Below, one piece after another: positions 30,224 to 41,212 of a DNA stretch of 64,000 bases. The notes beneath the pieces are model-generated. The model did no database searches and was not told where the DNA came from. It saw only the letters and a program-made list of their open reading frames with translations. The DNA lies in contig DCIG01000048.1 in NCBI GenBank assembly GCA_002315855.1, positions 5,582 to 69,581 on the forward strand, read 5' to 3'. The translations under genes and the position numbers were made by a program. Numbering within the stretch: the stretch's first letter is position 1; each line of letters opens with the position of its first letter. This DNA comes from Lentisphaeria bacterium UBA1732 (lineage in GTDB: Bacteria > Verrucomicrobiota > Lentisphaeria > Victivallales > UBA1829).

Positions 30224-31135
30224 TCAGGGATTGTAGATATACGGTCCTGAACCATTATCCGAAGAAGACATATCGGGCGAAATAATCACGGGGTCGGAAT
30301 ACGTGGATTTCTGCGCACCGGAAGAACCGGCTGCACGGTCATTGGACATGATAATCCGAGGACCGACGGTCTGTGTGGAGTTCAGTTTTTCCTGACGGGT
30401 CTTTTCAGGGGAAACAATCACGGGATCGGCAATCTTCCCCTGCGAACCGGAATCGAACGTAATAATTTCAGGACCCGAAACAGGCTTGGATGTCTGAGCT
30501 GTTTTCCGAGTTGTTTCGGGGGAAACAATCACGGGATCCATATAGCCTTCTTCCTTTTCGACCAAAATCACAGGACCAGCCTGAGGCTTGCTCGTGCGAA
30601 CAGGATTTGAGGATGGCGAAACCAGCACAGGATCGGGAATCGCGGCATCCGTTTTTTCCATCAGAATCAAGGGACCGCTGCCGCGTTCAATCGGGGCAGT
30701 GTCAGGCGTAATAATAATCGGGTCTTTGTATTCCTCCTTTTCAGCGGAAACGGGGGAAGTCCCGGTCGCAACAGGCGATACCACGGCAGGCGCAGATTCC
30801 GTTTTGGCGGGGACGTCCGCAGAGACAGATTTTTCAGGTTCGACAACGGACACGGGCGTGCTTACGGTAATCTGCGAATTGCGCGGGATAATCCGCCCCG
30901 TCGGGGTAACGATGTCGCCGGAAGTCGTCTGCGAAGCGGTCTGCGTTTTGGCAGGCTCTTTCTGCACCGGAGTGTCATCTTTCACAACGACAGGATAGCC
31001 ATGCACAAAGTCAATTTTGGTACGGATAACGCCATCCTCCCCATCGGCATAAAGCGGGGAATGATGCAAGCTGAATGCCAATGCACAAAGCACGGACACA
31101 GAGAAAATGGAACGGGAGAATTTCAGAGGATTCAT
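30224..31135 (-). CDS. Secreted Pro/Ser/Thr-rich repeat protein
   Basis: Signal peptide (LYA|D); five DP-hhh-(S/T)P and five GP-x-I motifs alternate. Confidence 0.8.
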   Translation of the reverse strand: MNPLKFSRSIFSVSVLCALAFSLHHSPLYADGEDGVIRTKIDFVHGYPVVVKDDTPVQKEPAKTQTASQTTSGDIVTPTGRIIPRNSQITVSTPVSVVEPEKSVSADVPAKTESAPAVVSPVATGTSPVSAEKEEYKDPIIITPDTAPIERGSGPLILMEKTDAAIPDPVLVSPSSNPVRTSKPQAGPVILVEKEEGYMDPVIVSPETTRKTAQTSKPVSGPEIITFDSGSQGKIADPVIVSPEKTRQEKLNSTQTVGPRIIMSNDRAAGSSGAQKSTYSDPVIISPDMSSSDNGSGPYIYNP

Positions 31136-31235
31136 AGCAACACCTATGTGCCAATTTCAAAAAAGCAGGATATGAAATCAGCTTTTTAGCAGGAAGCACT
31201 TACGGGAAAGGGAAGGCATCTTTCAGGAGACGCGT

Positions 31236-31604
31236 TCACTCGCTGTAAGAAGCTCCGGATGAAGGGGATTCGCAAACGCGAACTTTTGAGATTTTCACGC
31301 CGGGATACGAAACGGAAGCAGACAAATCACGATAGATAAAACGTGCTATATTTTCGCTGGTCGGGTTGGTATCGCGGAACTCAGGAAGATCATTCAGGAA
31401 ATGATGATCATAGCGTTCCAAGATTTGAGCAAGCGCCTTTTTCAAGACACGAAAATCCATGGCGAAACCGAGTTCGTTCAGTTTTTCAGCAGTAACAAAG
31501 ACCTGAACCGTCCAATTATGGCCGTGAAGCTGACTGCACGGTCCCTGATAGCCGATGAGCTGATGAGCCGCAGAAAATTCTTTCGTAATGTCAAGTTCAA
31601 ACAT
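31236..31604 (-). CDS. queD: 6-carboxy-5,6,7,8-tetrahydropterin synthase
   Basis: FSAAH, C..LHGHN, DF..LK, DH..LN, NPTSENIA. Confidence 0.92.
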   Translation of the reverse strand: MFELDITKEFSAAHQLIGYQGPCSQLHGHNWTVQVFVTAEKLNELGFAMDFRVLKKALAQILERYDHHFLNDLPEFRDTNPTSENIARFIYRDLSASVSYPGVKISKVRVCESPSSGASYSE

Positions 31605-31639
31605 ATTCAGACAGGACAAACGGGAACAGGAGAAAGCAT

Positions 31640-31930
31640 TTAACGAGCGAGGAACGATGCTTTTTTTGCTTCCAAAATCAAACCGACGCGATCGGGGTCG
31701 ATGGGAGAATAACCTTTGGCATCAATTTCAGCAAGGAAATCAAGCCAGTCCTGATGATTCCACGCGCCATTGTGTTTCTTGACGAAATTCATGGGAATCG
31801 GGGACTTGGAGAGACGCTTCAAATTGTCATCCACAGACAAGACGCGTTCCGCAACTCTCACCGACTTAAGGGCATGTTTTTTTGCGACGGTTTTTCCGGT
31901 ATTTTTCATTGATGCAGATTTGGATTCCAT
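31640..31930 (-). CDS. Small hypothetical protein
   Basis: 96-aa ORF with GAGGTG RBS and a structured-looking core (FVKKHNGAWNHQDWLDFL...GY). Confidence 0.7.
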   Translation of the reverse strand: MESKSASMKNTGKTVAKKHALKSVRVAERVLSVDDNLKRLSKSPIPMNFVKKHNGAWNHQDWLDFLAEIDAKGYSPIDPDRVGLILEAKKASFLAR

Positions 31931-32260
31931 AATTTCACCTCATATTGTAACGTTATTACAGAGAAAGCATAGATTTGCGACATATACTATACACCTTATC
32001 CGTCAAAAAGCAAACGTATTTCAAGAAAAATCTGTTTCTTCTTCCAAAAGAAAGGGTAATCTACAAATATCGGAAGTGCGGAGAAACGGGAAAAAAGGAT
32101 AAGGTAAGATCCAAAGATTCTGAAATCATGAGAAAAGGAAAAAGTCAAAAAAAATTGAAGGAAGAGCTAAACTCTACTGAATTTGAGCAATATCATACCA
32201 TATTTTGAGGTGAACCACCCCATATTTGAGCTAAATCAATAAAAAAGCAAGAAAGATTTA

Positions 32261-32289
32261 TTGAAAAGGGAGCGTATCGCGTCTATATT
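32261..32289 (+). promoter_or_regulatory. sigma70-like promoter
   Basis: TTGAAA-17-TATATT. Confidence 0.6.
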
Positions 32290-32335
32290 ATAAGGAGTGC
32301 AAAATCACGGAATCAAACTCAAATCACGCCCCGAC

Positions 32336-35300
32336 ATGAACACCGCAACAAAAGAATTTCATAAAAAATGCAGAAAGTGTCTGCTGAAAGTTCTGTACCA
32401 TTTTCTGGTATTTTTCTGCGGGATTCTGCTTTTCTGCGGTGCTGCGTTAAGCACAGTCCGGTTCTGGGGCATTCCACTGGCAGGATGTCTGCTGAACCTC
32501 AAAATCGAATCGGGATACCATGCAGACTGGAATTGGAAAGAATGGAAATTAACTCTTGAGGAAGCAAAGATTTCCAATCATTTATTCCGAGCAAACATCG
32601 GGCGATGCGAAATCACGCTGTACGGGCTTTTTTCACGGGAAGGTTTTCATAAAATCCAGTCTGTCCGCCTCGCAGACAGCGAACTTGATTTCACACAAGA
32701 AAGCGAAACATCTTCACCGGAAGACGAACATTTTTCCCGCGCAATCCGAAGAAAGCTGAAAGCACTCACTCGCATTCGCCCCGAAAAGCCCAAAATGGAC
32801 AGGCTGATCCTCGAACGATGCGACATCAGGCGGAGTTTCGGAGGAAATGAGACCGCAGTCAGCATTCCGTCGCTTTACGCCGCATTTGACCAAGGCACAC
32901 CGCTGGTGATGGACTCGGAAATCGGGCTTGTAATCACAGCGGACGACACAACGGCATCGGCAAAATGCAAAATCCACACGATTCCGCATGAGCGGGATGA
33001 GGGAATGCGGCTGGAAGTTTCCGACGTGCAAAATCTGGTGATTCTCTCAAAAGACAAGCATGTGGAACTTGCGGAAACGAAATTCCGGGCGATTCTGGAT
33101 GAACTCACGCCAACGGGAGTTCATTTCAAGCTCAGCACCGAAAATCTGACGCCGGTTCTCTATGAGCCGCTGGCCCTCTCCATCGGGAAGGCATTCGGGG
33201 AATTTGACGGGACCGTAAATTTCCAGGATGAACAATTAAGTCTCGACTGCAAAACGAGCGTGAAATCATCCGATCTTGTTTTCTCCGCATCGCCATTTCC
33301 GGCGAAACCGGAGGTCAACGGGACCTGGAATGCGGCATGGAATCTGCTAACGGGGCAAATCAAGGTCAACGCCCTGCAAGGGGAACTGCTTGACGGAAAC
33401 GGGGGTAAACTCAAAGCGGAACAGGAAGGGACTTTTTCTTTCCTGTGCAACCAAGACGGCTCTTTCAGTTTTCTACCGGAAGCGGCGATTTTTGAACTCA
33501 ATACAGCACCGTCATTCGACCTGAGCCTGTATCACGATTTTCTGCCATTCCCCGTTCAGGGACATCAGTTGGACGCACACTACAGGATTTCGCTGGAACC
33601 GGAGAAAAACAGTCTGCTGGGGAAAGCCCATATCACAGTTCAAAGCGAGGAGGAAACGGCAACGGAATTTCAAAGCGATTTTGAGTTTGCCACGGAGGGA
33701 ATCACCAGTATTTCATCGTTCCGGGTAAGTGATTCGCAGTTCCGATGCACGAACCAGGGGGAAACACTGATGGACGGCAAACTGACCGGGAAATATGACG
33801 TCAAGACACTGAATCTGCACGGAACAATCGATTATATGCCGCACGGGCTCTGCCACCATATCGGAGGGACACTTACGACCATCGCAAGGATATTGAACGA
33901 TTATCAGCTCAACGACGTAACTCACACCGCAGACGCAACACTCTTCATCGACTTCACCAAGATGAACGCAACGTGGAATACCGATTCCACATTCCAGCAT
34001 ATTTCATTCACGGAAAGAGACGAGACGCCGCTCCAACTGAAACTGCTCTCGCAGGGGCAATTCAGCAGAAACGAAGACGAACAGGACGACAACACCTGGC
34101 AAATACAATCAGTCAATGAGCTTTCGGCAAAGGATGAGTTTTCAGCCAATATTGTCGTCGAGGGGAAAAACTTCCGTGAAATGACAGGACGAGTTACCGA
34201 TATGAGCGTATCCGCCAACCTGATGAAGCAAATTCTGCGGCGTTATGCACCGGAACTGAAGTTTTTGCAGGAACCGGATTTTGAACGAGTGAAATTTGCA
34301 GGCGGCTACCGCTGGCAGGAGCAGGAATCGGAATTGATGCTCCATGATTTACAGTTTGAAATCGATGCGGAAGACGGGCAAATGGAAGTGTCCGGGATTC
34401 CCGATTTCGAGCTGAATCAATGGAAAGATGTGCTCTACCATGGAGTAACCATGAAACTGACGCATTTCCCGCTGACATTCTGGAATCCGCTGTTTCCGAA
34501 AGAGTGGGACATCACGCTGTCAGACGGGAATGCTTCAGCGGAAATCGAAATCAAAGGAACCGGAGAGGCGAAAAACCTGAACCTATCCGGGAAACTGCTG
34601 GCATGTGATGTAAAAACCGTCATTGACGAGAAAGAACGAGTTTTCAGCAGAATCGGAGCAAACGGGACGGCACTGCTTGACACCGGCAATGAAAATGAAC
34701 CGGAGCTGGTATTTCAGGAAATCAATCTGGATGCAAACGACTTCCAAGGGAGACCGGTCATTTTTCTGTCCGGGAAAGGAGAGGTCGCGCCATCACGCGG
34801 GACAGCAGATTTCACATTTGCCGAGGTAAGCCTCGGCTCCGATATTCTGGAACTGATCGGGTATGGCGCAAATCATGCGTTTGTCTATGACGATCTGGAC
34901 GCAACGGGGACAGCAGAATATCATGCGTACAATCAGTTCAAAAATCATGACTGGATCACGGATTTGAAGCTGAAGCGATTCTATTTGACATCGCTTGAGC
35001 CGGAAGAGTATCAATTCCCGAAATTATCGGGAGCAATCAGCGGGAAATTCATGTGGGATCAGGAAAAGTTCAGCCTTTTCGGGGATGCTTCGGCTTATCT
35101 TGCTGATGAGAACGGCAAAGTCATTGTGAAAGGAAGCTACCTGCATCCCCCCACCAGTACCGAACACCCGATTATTCAGGGGGAAGTGCTTGACACGGCG
35201 TTTGCCGCCGCATATTTCCAGTACAACGGCCATCCGAACAAGCAGGAGGAAGATGAGCCGTATTCGCCAATCAGTTTTTATGATTTCACCCTGTCGTTCC

Positions 35301-36247
35301 TGCTGAAAGGTCTCTATCTGGGGGATTATCTGACAGGGTCTGCAATGCTTGACATGGAATTTCGCGATTCAATGATACTGTGTCATCAAATCAAGGTGGC
35401 GGGAGATATTTCGGGAAGCATGGAAGCGATTCTGGATTTCATGCCGGAAGACCATGAATTCAGAATTGAGCATCATCTGGAAGATTTCCAGCTTGAAAAG
35501 GTGCTTGACGCCTACATGGCGTATTTCGGGGAAGATGAAGACGAAAACGGAAATGAGGAGGAAATGAATCTGAAGGGAATCATTTCCAAGTTCGACGGGA
35601 CGATTTCCGGTGCAGGCTTCAATACAGAATCATTGAAAAAGAGTTTCAAGGCAACCACCCACGTCAAGGGGGGAGCCATCGAACTGCATCAAAAAAACAA
35701 GAACCGCTCACAACTGACTCAAATACTGCTGCTGCCGTTTATCGCGATTCCGAAACTGATTGATCTGCTTCCTCTGACGGGAGTGCGTGAACTTCTGCGA
35801 AGCGCAATCGGGTCATCGACATTCAATGCGGCGACAGGGGCAGAACCGGTATTTTTCGAGGAAGGGGAAGCCGATTTTACGCTGAGCAATGGAGTGCTGG
35901 ATCTGAAAAGCGTCCAAATGCAAAGTGATTTTCTGAATCATTATTCCGTAGAAGGGAAGGTCTCTCTCTGGAATCAGGATGTGAGAAATGAACTGCAATA
36001 TCTGCTGAAATACGGAGTTTTCCTCCTGCCAATCTATGTGAAAGGCGATTCAGAGGGAAGCAATCAGGTGGATTACACGAAGTCGATTCTCGATTTCTGG
36101 GAGGAAAACACAAAGCATCTGCTTCTGCTCATTCCCGATTTGCTGTTACCTAATTCCAATCTTTCCGAACACATACCAGACACAATCAAGCTGGACTCAT
36201 CCGAAGAAAACACGGAAAACAGACACAAGAACAATTTGGGAGAATAA
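32336..36247 (+). CDS. Large beta-rich AsmA/TamB-like envelope protein
   Basis: N-terminal TM anchor, about 1300 aa of beta-strand-rich sequence, C-terminus (F.L.NGVL.L...G.V.L...LPIYVKG) resembles AsmA C-termini. Start uncertain (32297 or 32336). Confidence 0.65.
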   Translation: MNTATKEFHKKCRKCLLKVLYHFLVFFCGILLFCGAALSTVRFWGIPLAGCLLNLKIESGYHADWNWKEWKLTLEEAKISNHLFRANIGRCEITLYGLFSREGFHKIQSVRLADSELDFTQESETSSPEDEHFSRAIRRKLKALTRIRPEKPKMDRLILERCDIRRSFGGNETAVSIPSLYAAFDQGTPLVMDSEIGLVITADDTTASAKCKIHTIPHERDEGMRLEVSDVQNLVILSKDKHVELAETKFRAILDELTPTGVHFKLSTENLTPVLYEPLALSIGKAFGEFDGTVNFQDEQLSLDCKTSVKSSDLVFSASPFPAKPEVNGTWNAAWNLLTGQIKVNALQGELLDGNGGKLKAEQEGTFSFLCNQDGSFSFLPEAAIFELNTAPSFDLSLYHDFLPFPVQGHQLDAHYRISLEPEKNSLLGKAHITVQSEEETATEFQSDFEFATEGITSISSFRVSDSQFRCTNQGETLMDGKLTGKYDVKTLNLHGTIDYMPHGLCHHIGGTLTTIARILNDYQLNDVTHTADATLFIDFTKMNATWNTDSTFQHISFTERDETPLQLKLLSQGQFSRNEDEQDDNTWQIQSVNELSAKDEFSANIVVEGKNFREMTGRVTDMSVSANLMKQILRRYAPELKFLQEPDFERVKFAGGYRWQEQESELMLHDLQFEIDAEDGQMEVSGIPDFELNQWKDVLYHGVTMKLTHFPLTFWNPLFPKEWDITLSDGNASAEIEIKGTGEAKNLNLSGKLLACDVKTVIDEKERVFSRIGANGTALLDTGNENEPELVFQEINLDANDFQGRPVIFLSGKGEVAPSRGTADFTFAEVSLGSDILELIGYGANHAFVYDDLDATGTAEYHAYNQFKNHDWITDLKLKRFYLTSLEPEEYQFPKLSGAISGKFMWDQEKFSLFGDASAYLADENGKVIVKGSYLHPPTSTEHPIIQGEVLDTAFAAAYFQYNGHPNKQEEDEPYSPISFYDFTLSFLLKGLYLGDYLTGSAMLDMEFRDSMILCHQIKVAGDISGSMEAILDFMPEDHEFRIEHHLEDFQLEKVLDAYMAYFGEDEDENGNEEEMNLKGIISKFDGTISGAGFNTESLKKSFKATTHVKGGAIELHQKNKNRSQLTQILLLPFIAIPKLIDLLPLTGVRELLRSAIGSSTFNAATGAEPVFFEEGEADFTLSNGVLDLKSVQMQSDFLNHYSVEGKVSLWNQDVRNELQYLLKYGVFLLPIYVKGDSEGSNQVDYTKSILDFWEENTKHLLLLIPDLLLPNSNLSEHIPDTIKLDSSEENTENRHKNNLGE

Positions 36248-36255
36248 AATTCATC

Positions 36256-38859
36256 ATGAACACCATGCAAGGTCTAACCACAAAAGAAGCGGAAGCAAGC
36301 CGCCTCAAATACGGATCGAATGTACTGACCCAAATTCCGCCGGAATCGCTCTGGCTGAAAATACTGAAAGGATTTTTGAATCCGCTGATTCTCGTCCTGC
36401 TGGTGGCACTTTGCTTTCAGGTCATTCTGTTTTTTCTCGGACAGGCAGAATGGTTCGAGCCGGCAGGTGTGCTGTGCGCAATTCTGATTGCAAACGGAGT
36501 CGCGTCTTTCAGCGAAAACAGTCAGGAAAACAAGGCTTCCGCACTGAAAGCCGAAGCAGAGGCAAAGAAAACGGCAAAAGTGATTCGAGACGGACTGCTG
36601 AAGGAAATCCATGTGGGAGACATCGCGGTCGGCGACGTCATTTTTCTACAGGCGGGCGATAAAATTTCCGCAGACGGGGTCATTCTTGAGGGGAGCCTGA
36701 AAGTCGATCAGGCAGCATTGAACGGCGAAACCGAAGAGGCTGTGAAACGTGCAATTTCAGGATATGATACCTACGAAGTCAAAGACCTGCTGAATGAATT
36801 TTACGCTTACCGGGGGACGGTCGTGCGCGAAGGCGAAGCGTATATGGAAGTCAAGGCGGCAGGAGACAGGACGCTATTCGGAGAACTCGCTCTGGAGGTG
36901 CAGGAAGGAACGAGAGAAACTCCGCTCCAGGTCAAACTGCATAAACTGGCCGGACAGATTTCAACATTCGGCTATACCGGAGCAGCGGTGATTGTGGCAG
37001 GAATTCTGCTCAAAACGGTATTGGGCGGGAATGTGCCGGAGGATTTTTACGGATGGATACGCCTGATTCTGGATGCCGTAACCATCGCAGTTACGATTAT
37101 CGTGTGCGCGGTGCCGGAGGGACTTCCCATGCTCACCTCCATCCTGCTCTCCCTGCAAAGCCTGAAAATGGCCAAAGACAATGTGCTTGTCCGGAAGATC
37201 AACGGACTTGAAACCGCAGGAAGCCTGAATCTGCTCTACAGCGACAAAACAGGAACCATCACCGAAGGACGGCTCTCCGTCGTGGAACTTGCGACAGGGA
37301 ATCTGCATTCTTTTGCATCCCTGAAAGAAATTCCGCAGAGGCTGGCAAACGAGATTGTGAACGGAATCGGACTGAACAACAGTGCGACCATCAGCGGGGA
37401 TGCCATCATCGGCGGGAACAGCACAGACCGGGCTTTGCTGAGTTTTCTGGCAGAGTCGGGATGTCAGCTGAATTTATGCAAAGACAAGGTACTCGAATTT
37501 CAGGCGTTTGATTCCAATAAAAAGTATTCCAGCATCACAATTTCGCAAGAGGGAGGAGCTGTAACATTAATCAAGGGAGCGCCGGAAAAAATCATCGAAC
37601 AATGCAGCCAATATCTGGATGAAAACGGTCAGTGTCAGGAAATGACGGGGCTTGACGAACTGAATTGCTATCTGAACCAGCAGTCGGGACGCTCCATGCG
37701 CCTGCTTGCCGTGGCAAAAACGGAGGGAACAAGCCTGAATGCGCCATTCACCCTGCTGTGCATCATCAGCATACGCGACAATGTACGAGCAGAAGCAGTC
37801 AATGCAATCCGGGAAGTGAGAAACGCAGGGATTCAGGTCGTCATGGTAACCGGAGACCGCAAGGAAACAGCAGAAGCAATCGCACGGGATGCAGGACTGC
37901 TGACCGAAAAAACAGAACTGGCTATGACCTCCGCAGAAATGTTCCTGAAAACAGACGAGGAACTGAAAGAGCTTCTGCCCGATCTCAGAGTCGTAGCGCG
38001 TGCCCTGCCCGCAGACAAAAGCCGACTGGTCAGGATTGCGCAGGAATTGAATCTGGTGGTCGGCATGACGGGAGACGGGGTCAATGACTCCCCTGCCCTG
38101 AAAAAAGCCGATATCGGTTTTGCCATGGGAAGCGGGACCGAAGTGGCCAAGGAAGCCGGAGACATAACGATTCTGGACGATAATTTCTCATCCATCGAAA
38201 AGGCGATTCTGTACGGGCGCACCATGTTCAAAAGCATCCGCAAGTTTCTGATTTTCCAACTGACCGTCAATGTGGCGGCAGTTCTGATTTGTTTTCTGGG
38301 ACCGATGTTCGGAGAGAATGTGGTCATGACCGTTATTCAGCTGCTGCTCGTCAATCTGGCCATGGATACGCTGGCGGCAATCGCCTACGGAAGTGAACCG
38401 GCATTGAGGGAATTCATGCGGGACAAGCCGATTCCGCGCACAGCCCATATCATCAGCAAGGAAATGTTTGTGCAGATTCTGCTGAGCGCATTTTACATTA
38501 CATTCATCTGCCTGGCAATTCTTTTCGTGCGGCCAGTCAGGGAACTTTTCGGCACGGAAGACATCATTTATCTGAAATCAGCAGTTTTTGCGACATTCAT
38601 GATGGCAATCACATTCAACGGATTCAATGCCAGAACCACACATCTGAATCTGCTGAAAGGACTGAACAAGAATAAAAATTTTCTAATCATCATGCTTTCG
38701 ATTTTTCTGCTTCAGTTTGTGTTTGTTACCTTCGGCGGGGATGTTCTGTCCGTCAAAGCCTTGTCGGTACACTCCTGGCTGATCTGCACCCTTCTGGCAT
38801 TCATGGTTATCCCGGTTGATTTGGTCAGGAAGATGGTGATGAGAAAAAGACAGGGGTAA
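36256..38859 (+). CDS. Ca2+-type P-type ATPase
   Basis: LNGE, PEGLP, DKTGT, KGAPE, MVTGD, TGDGVND.PALK.ADIG, LLVNL.MD. Confidence 0.93.
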   Translation: MNTMQGLTTKEAEASRLKYGSNVLTQIPPESLWLKILKGFLNPLILVLLVALCFQVILFFLGQAEWFEPAGVLCAILIANGVASFSENSQENKASALKAEAEAKKTAKVIRDGLLKEIHVGDIAVGDVIFLQAGDKISADGVILEGSLKVDQAALNGETEEAVKRAISGYDTYEVKDLLNEFYAYRGTVVREGEAYMEVKAAGDRTLFGELALEVQEGTRETPLQVKLHKLAGQISTFGYTGAAVIVAGILLKTVLGGNVPEDFYGWIRLILDAVTIAVTIIVCAVPEGLPMLTSILLSLQSLKMAKDNVLVRKINGLETAGSLNLLYSDKTGTITEGRLSVVELATGNLHSFASLKEIPQRLANEIVNGIGLNNSATISGDAIIGGNSTDRALLSFLAESGCQLNLCKDKVLEFQAFDSNKKYSSITISQEGGAVTLIKGAPEKIIEQCSQYLDENGQCQEMTGLDELNCYLNQQSGRSMRLLAVAKTEGTSLNAPFTLLCIISIRDNVRAEAVNAIREVRNAGIQVVMVTGDRKETAEAIARDAGLLTEKTELAMTSAEMFLKTDEELKELLPDLRVVARALPADKSRLVRIAQELNLVVGMTGDGVNDSPALKKADIGFAMGSGTEVAKEAGDITILDDNFSSIEKAILYGRTMFKSIRKFLIFQLTVNVAAVLICFLGPMFGENVVMTVIQLLLVNLAMDTLAAIAYGSEPALREFMRDKPIPRTAHIISKEMFVQILLSAFYITFICLAILFVRPVRELFGTEDIIYLKSAVFATFMMAITFNGFNARTTHLNLLKGLNKNKNFLIIMLSIFLLQFVFVTFGGDVLSVKALSVHSWLICTLLAFMVIPVDLVRKMVMRKRQG

Positions 38860-38900
38860 AACGACTTTGTGCAAGGGAACTCAAAATTAAGGGGATGTCC

Positions 38901-39380
38901 TTAATTTTCATGGGATGATTTATCAATCATTTGCGAGGGGGAATTGTCGAGGGATGGGCTGAGGATTTCCACGATGTCATCCATGGGGATGGACGTGCCA
39001 TCAGACATGAGCAAAAGGCGTTCGGCGAGGGAGATTTTGCGGAGAAAACCTGTTTGGACGACATAAGAACCGCCGGATTTTCTGGCATCGGGGACAAAGA
39101 AGCGGATGGAAACTTCAGGAGAGGAGGAGAGTTTCGAGACAAGAATGCGAAGACGACGGTCCAGTTCCATTTTTTCCATTTCATCAAGTTCACGGCGAGA
39201 TTCCGTCAGGCGGGCAGTCTCCCGAAGTTCATCTTCGTAGCCGACCAAAGCGGCAAACGGTGAAAACTGTGCAGCACGATTATAAATGGGCATACGAGGA
39301 TGTTTGGATGATACATGATGCGGCAAATTGATGATGTCATCGTAGCGGGAAGGAGAATTCTTATCATCGGGGGGATTCAT
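38901..39380 (-). CDS. YolD-like protein (accessory partner of Y-family polymerase)
   Basis: YDDII.LPHH.S..HPRM...RAAQFSPFAAL.GY, F.PD..K.GG.Y. Overlaps the polymerase stop codon. Confidence 0.85.
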   Translation of the reverse strand: MNPPDDKNSPSRYDDIINLPHHVSSKHPRMPIYNRAAQFSPFAALVGYEDELRETARLTESRRELDEMEKMELDRRLRILVSKLSSSPEVSIRFFVPDARKSGGSYVVQTGFLRKISLAERLLLMSDGTSIPMDDIVEILSPSLDNSPSQMIDKSSHEN

Positions 39381-40882
39381 TTTCGGTGTCCTCCAATCTG
39401 CCGATTGCGTTCGCGGGCAGTAGCACCATCCTGAAGATTCATTCCTTTCAGGATGGCATTTTTGCCAAGTTTTTTCTGAATATCAAGGATGGCGTGCTGA
39501 AGATTGTTTTCTTTTTTCAAAGCCAACTGTGCAGACTCTTGATCTTTCCGGCGAGCAACGACGTCCGTAAAAAGGTCAAGCTGTTCGAGCGAGGGGGCAG
39601 GCTTCACCTCATTTTCATTTACAACATGATTCGCCGTAACATTGATGCGACGAATCAGCAAACCGGGGGAAACGATGAGGTCAAACAACCGGGCGGCGGC
39701 TTCAGTCATGAGTTTCGTGGAGGAAGTCAGGAGTTCGAGATTCATGGAACCGTGGGCGGCTTGCGGCAATTCACGTCCGTAGCGGTCATTTTTGACAGGG
39801 CCATGGTATTGTTCACGGCGGGCAGTGTCCGTCAGATTCAGGACATCATACCCGATATTGAGGACAAGCTGATCGGTTACGAGGTGTTTTTCCACAAGGT
39901 CAAGGGAAAGCATATCGGTCATTTCCAATGCAACCAGACGTGCTTTCTCAAAATCGTATGCTTCCTGAAGCACCTGTCCTGAACTAATGCTGTTGGAAGC
40001 AGGCTTGTAAGATTTGATGTCGGCAATGGTGCAGGGTTCCCATCCCCACGCATGGTCAATCAGCAATTCCGCATTCACCCCGAACATCCGATAGAGCAAA
40101 TCTTCACAGGAAACAGACATGCGGGCGACATCCCCCATCGTAGACATACCACGAGAAGCAAGACGAGCAGCGTACCCCTGCCCAATACGCCAAAAATCCG
40201 TAATCGGACGATGACTCCAAAGTTTTTTTCGATAGGACATTTCATCAAGTTCGGCAATACGAACACCATTCCGGTCAGCGGGGATATGCTTCGCCACAAT
40301 ATCCATGGCGATTTTGCAGAGATAAAGATTTGTGCCGATTCCGGCAGTGGCAGTAATGCCGGTAGAATGCAAAACATCAAGAATCAGCTGCATGGCAAAT
40401 TCGCGGGCAGAAAGTTTATACAGGCGCAAATAAGGAGCGGCATCGATGAAAACTTCATCAATGGAATACACATGAATGTGTTCCGGGGCGATATATTTCA
40501 GATAGCAATGGTAAATCTGCGAACTGACCTCCATATACCGCGCCATGCGTGGAACTGCGATGAGATAATCAAGTTCGAGGGACGGTGATTCCGCCAAAAC
40601 AGGAGCGTAAATCGATTTACCGCGGAATTTGTGTCCGGGGGCAAAAAACAAGCGACGCTGATTGATTTCACGTACTTTCTGAATCACCTCAAACAAGCGC
40701 GGACGACCGGGAATCCCGCAGGCTTTCAACGAAGGAGAGACGGCAAGACAAATCGTTTTTTCCGTTCGGTCAGGGTCAGCGACAACGAGATTGACCGTCA
40801 AGGGATTCAGATGCCGATCCACACATTCCACCGAAGCATAGAAAGACTTCAGGTCAATGGCAATGTAAACCGGGTCAGACAT
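39377..40882 (-). CDS. Y-family (UmuC/DinB-like) translesion DNA polymerase
   Basis: IDLKSFYASVEC, YSIDE, clamp motif QLDLF, C-terminal RN.QIGGH. Confidence 0.92.
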   Translation of the reverse strand: MSDPVYIAIDLKSFYASVECVDRHLNPLTVNLVVADPDRTEKTICLAVSPSLKACGIPGRPRLFEVIQKVREINQRRLFFAPGHKFRGKSIYAPVLAESPSLELDYLIAVPRMARYMEVSSQIYHCYLKYIAPEHIHVYSIDEVFIDAAPYLRLYKLSAREFAMQLILDVLHSTGITATAGIGTNLYLCKIAMDIVAKHIPADRNGVRIAELDEMSYRKKLWSHRPITDFWRIGQGYAARLASRGMSTMGDVARMSVSCEDLLYRMFGVNAELLIDHAWGWEPCTIADIKSYKPASNSISSGQVLQEAYDFEKARLVALEMTDMLSLDLVEKHLVTDQLVLNIGYDVLNLTDTARREQYHGPVKNDRYGRELPQAAHGSMNLELLTSSTKLMTEAAARLFDLIVSPGLLIRRINVTANHVVNENEVKPAPSLEQLDLFTDVVARRKDQESAQLALKKENNLQHAILDIQKKLGKNAILKGMNLQDGATARERNRQIGGHRK

Positions 40883-41089
40883 AAGGATGAGGGAAGGAAA
40901 GAGGTTCTCTGGAAATTCAGGGGTGTCAGTTTTTTTAATTTTAAGGATATAATAAAATACACGGGCAACGAATGAAAATCAAGCGATGCGCCAAGACATT
41001 TTCAACAAGGAGACGGCAAGAACGGCATTGGGTGAGAAAATCACAGATGATCCGATGTTCTATCTGTCAGTCTTTTTTCTGCACTTCCC

Positions 41090-41118
41090 TTGATTTTTCA
41101 GTAAAGGTGTGATATATT
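41090..41118 (+). promoter_or_regulatory. sigma70-like promoter with extended -10
   Basis: TTGATT-17-TATATT with TG at the extended position. Confidence 0.65.
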
Positions 41119-41212
41119 AAGATTTCAATGATTTATCAAATACAAAAAAACAGACAAAAAGAATTGCGGTGCAGTTTTCCGCAATCAGAAAAGCAACCAA
41201 TCGGAGAAAAAA

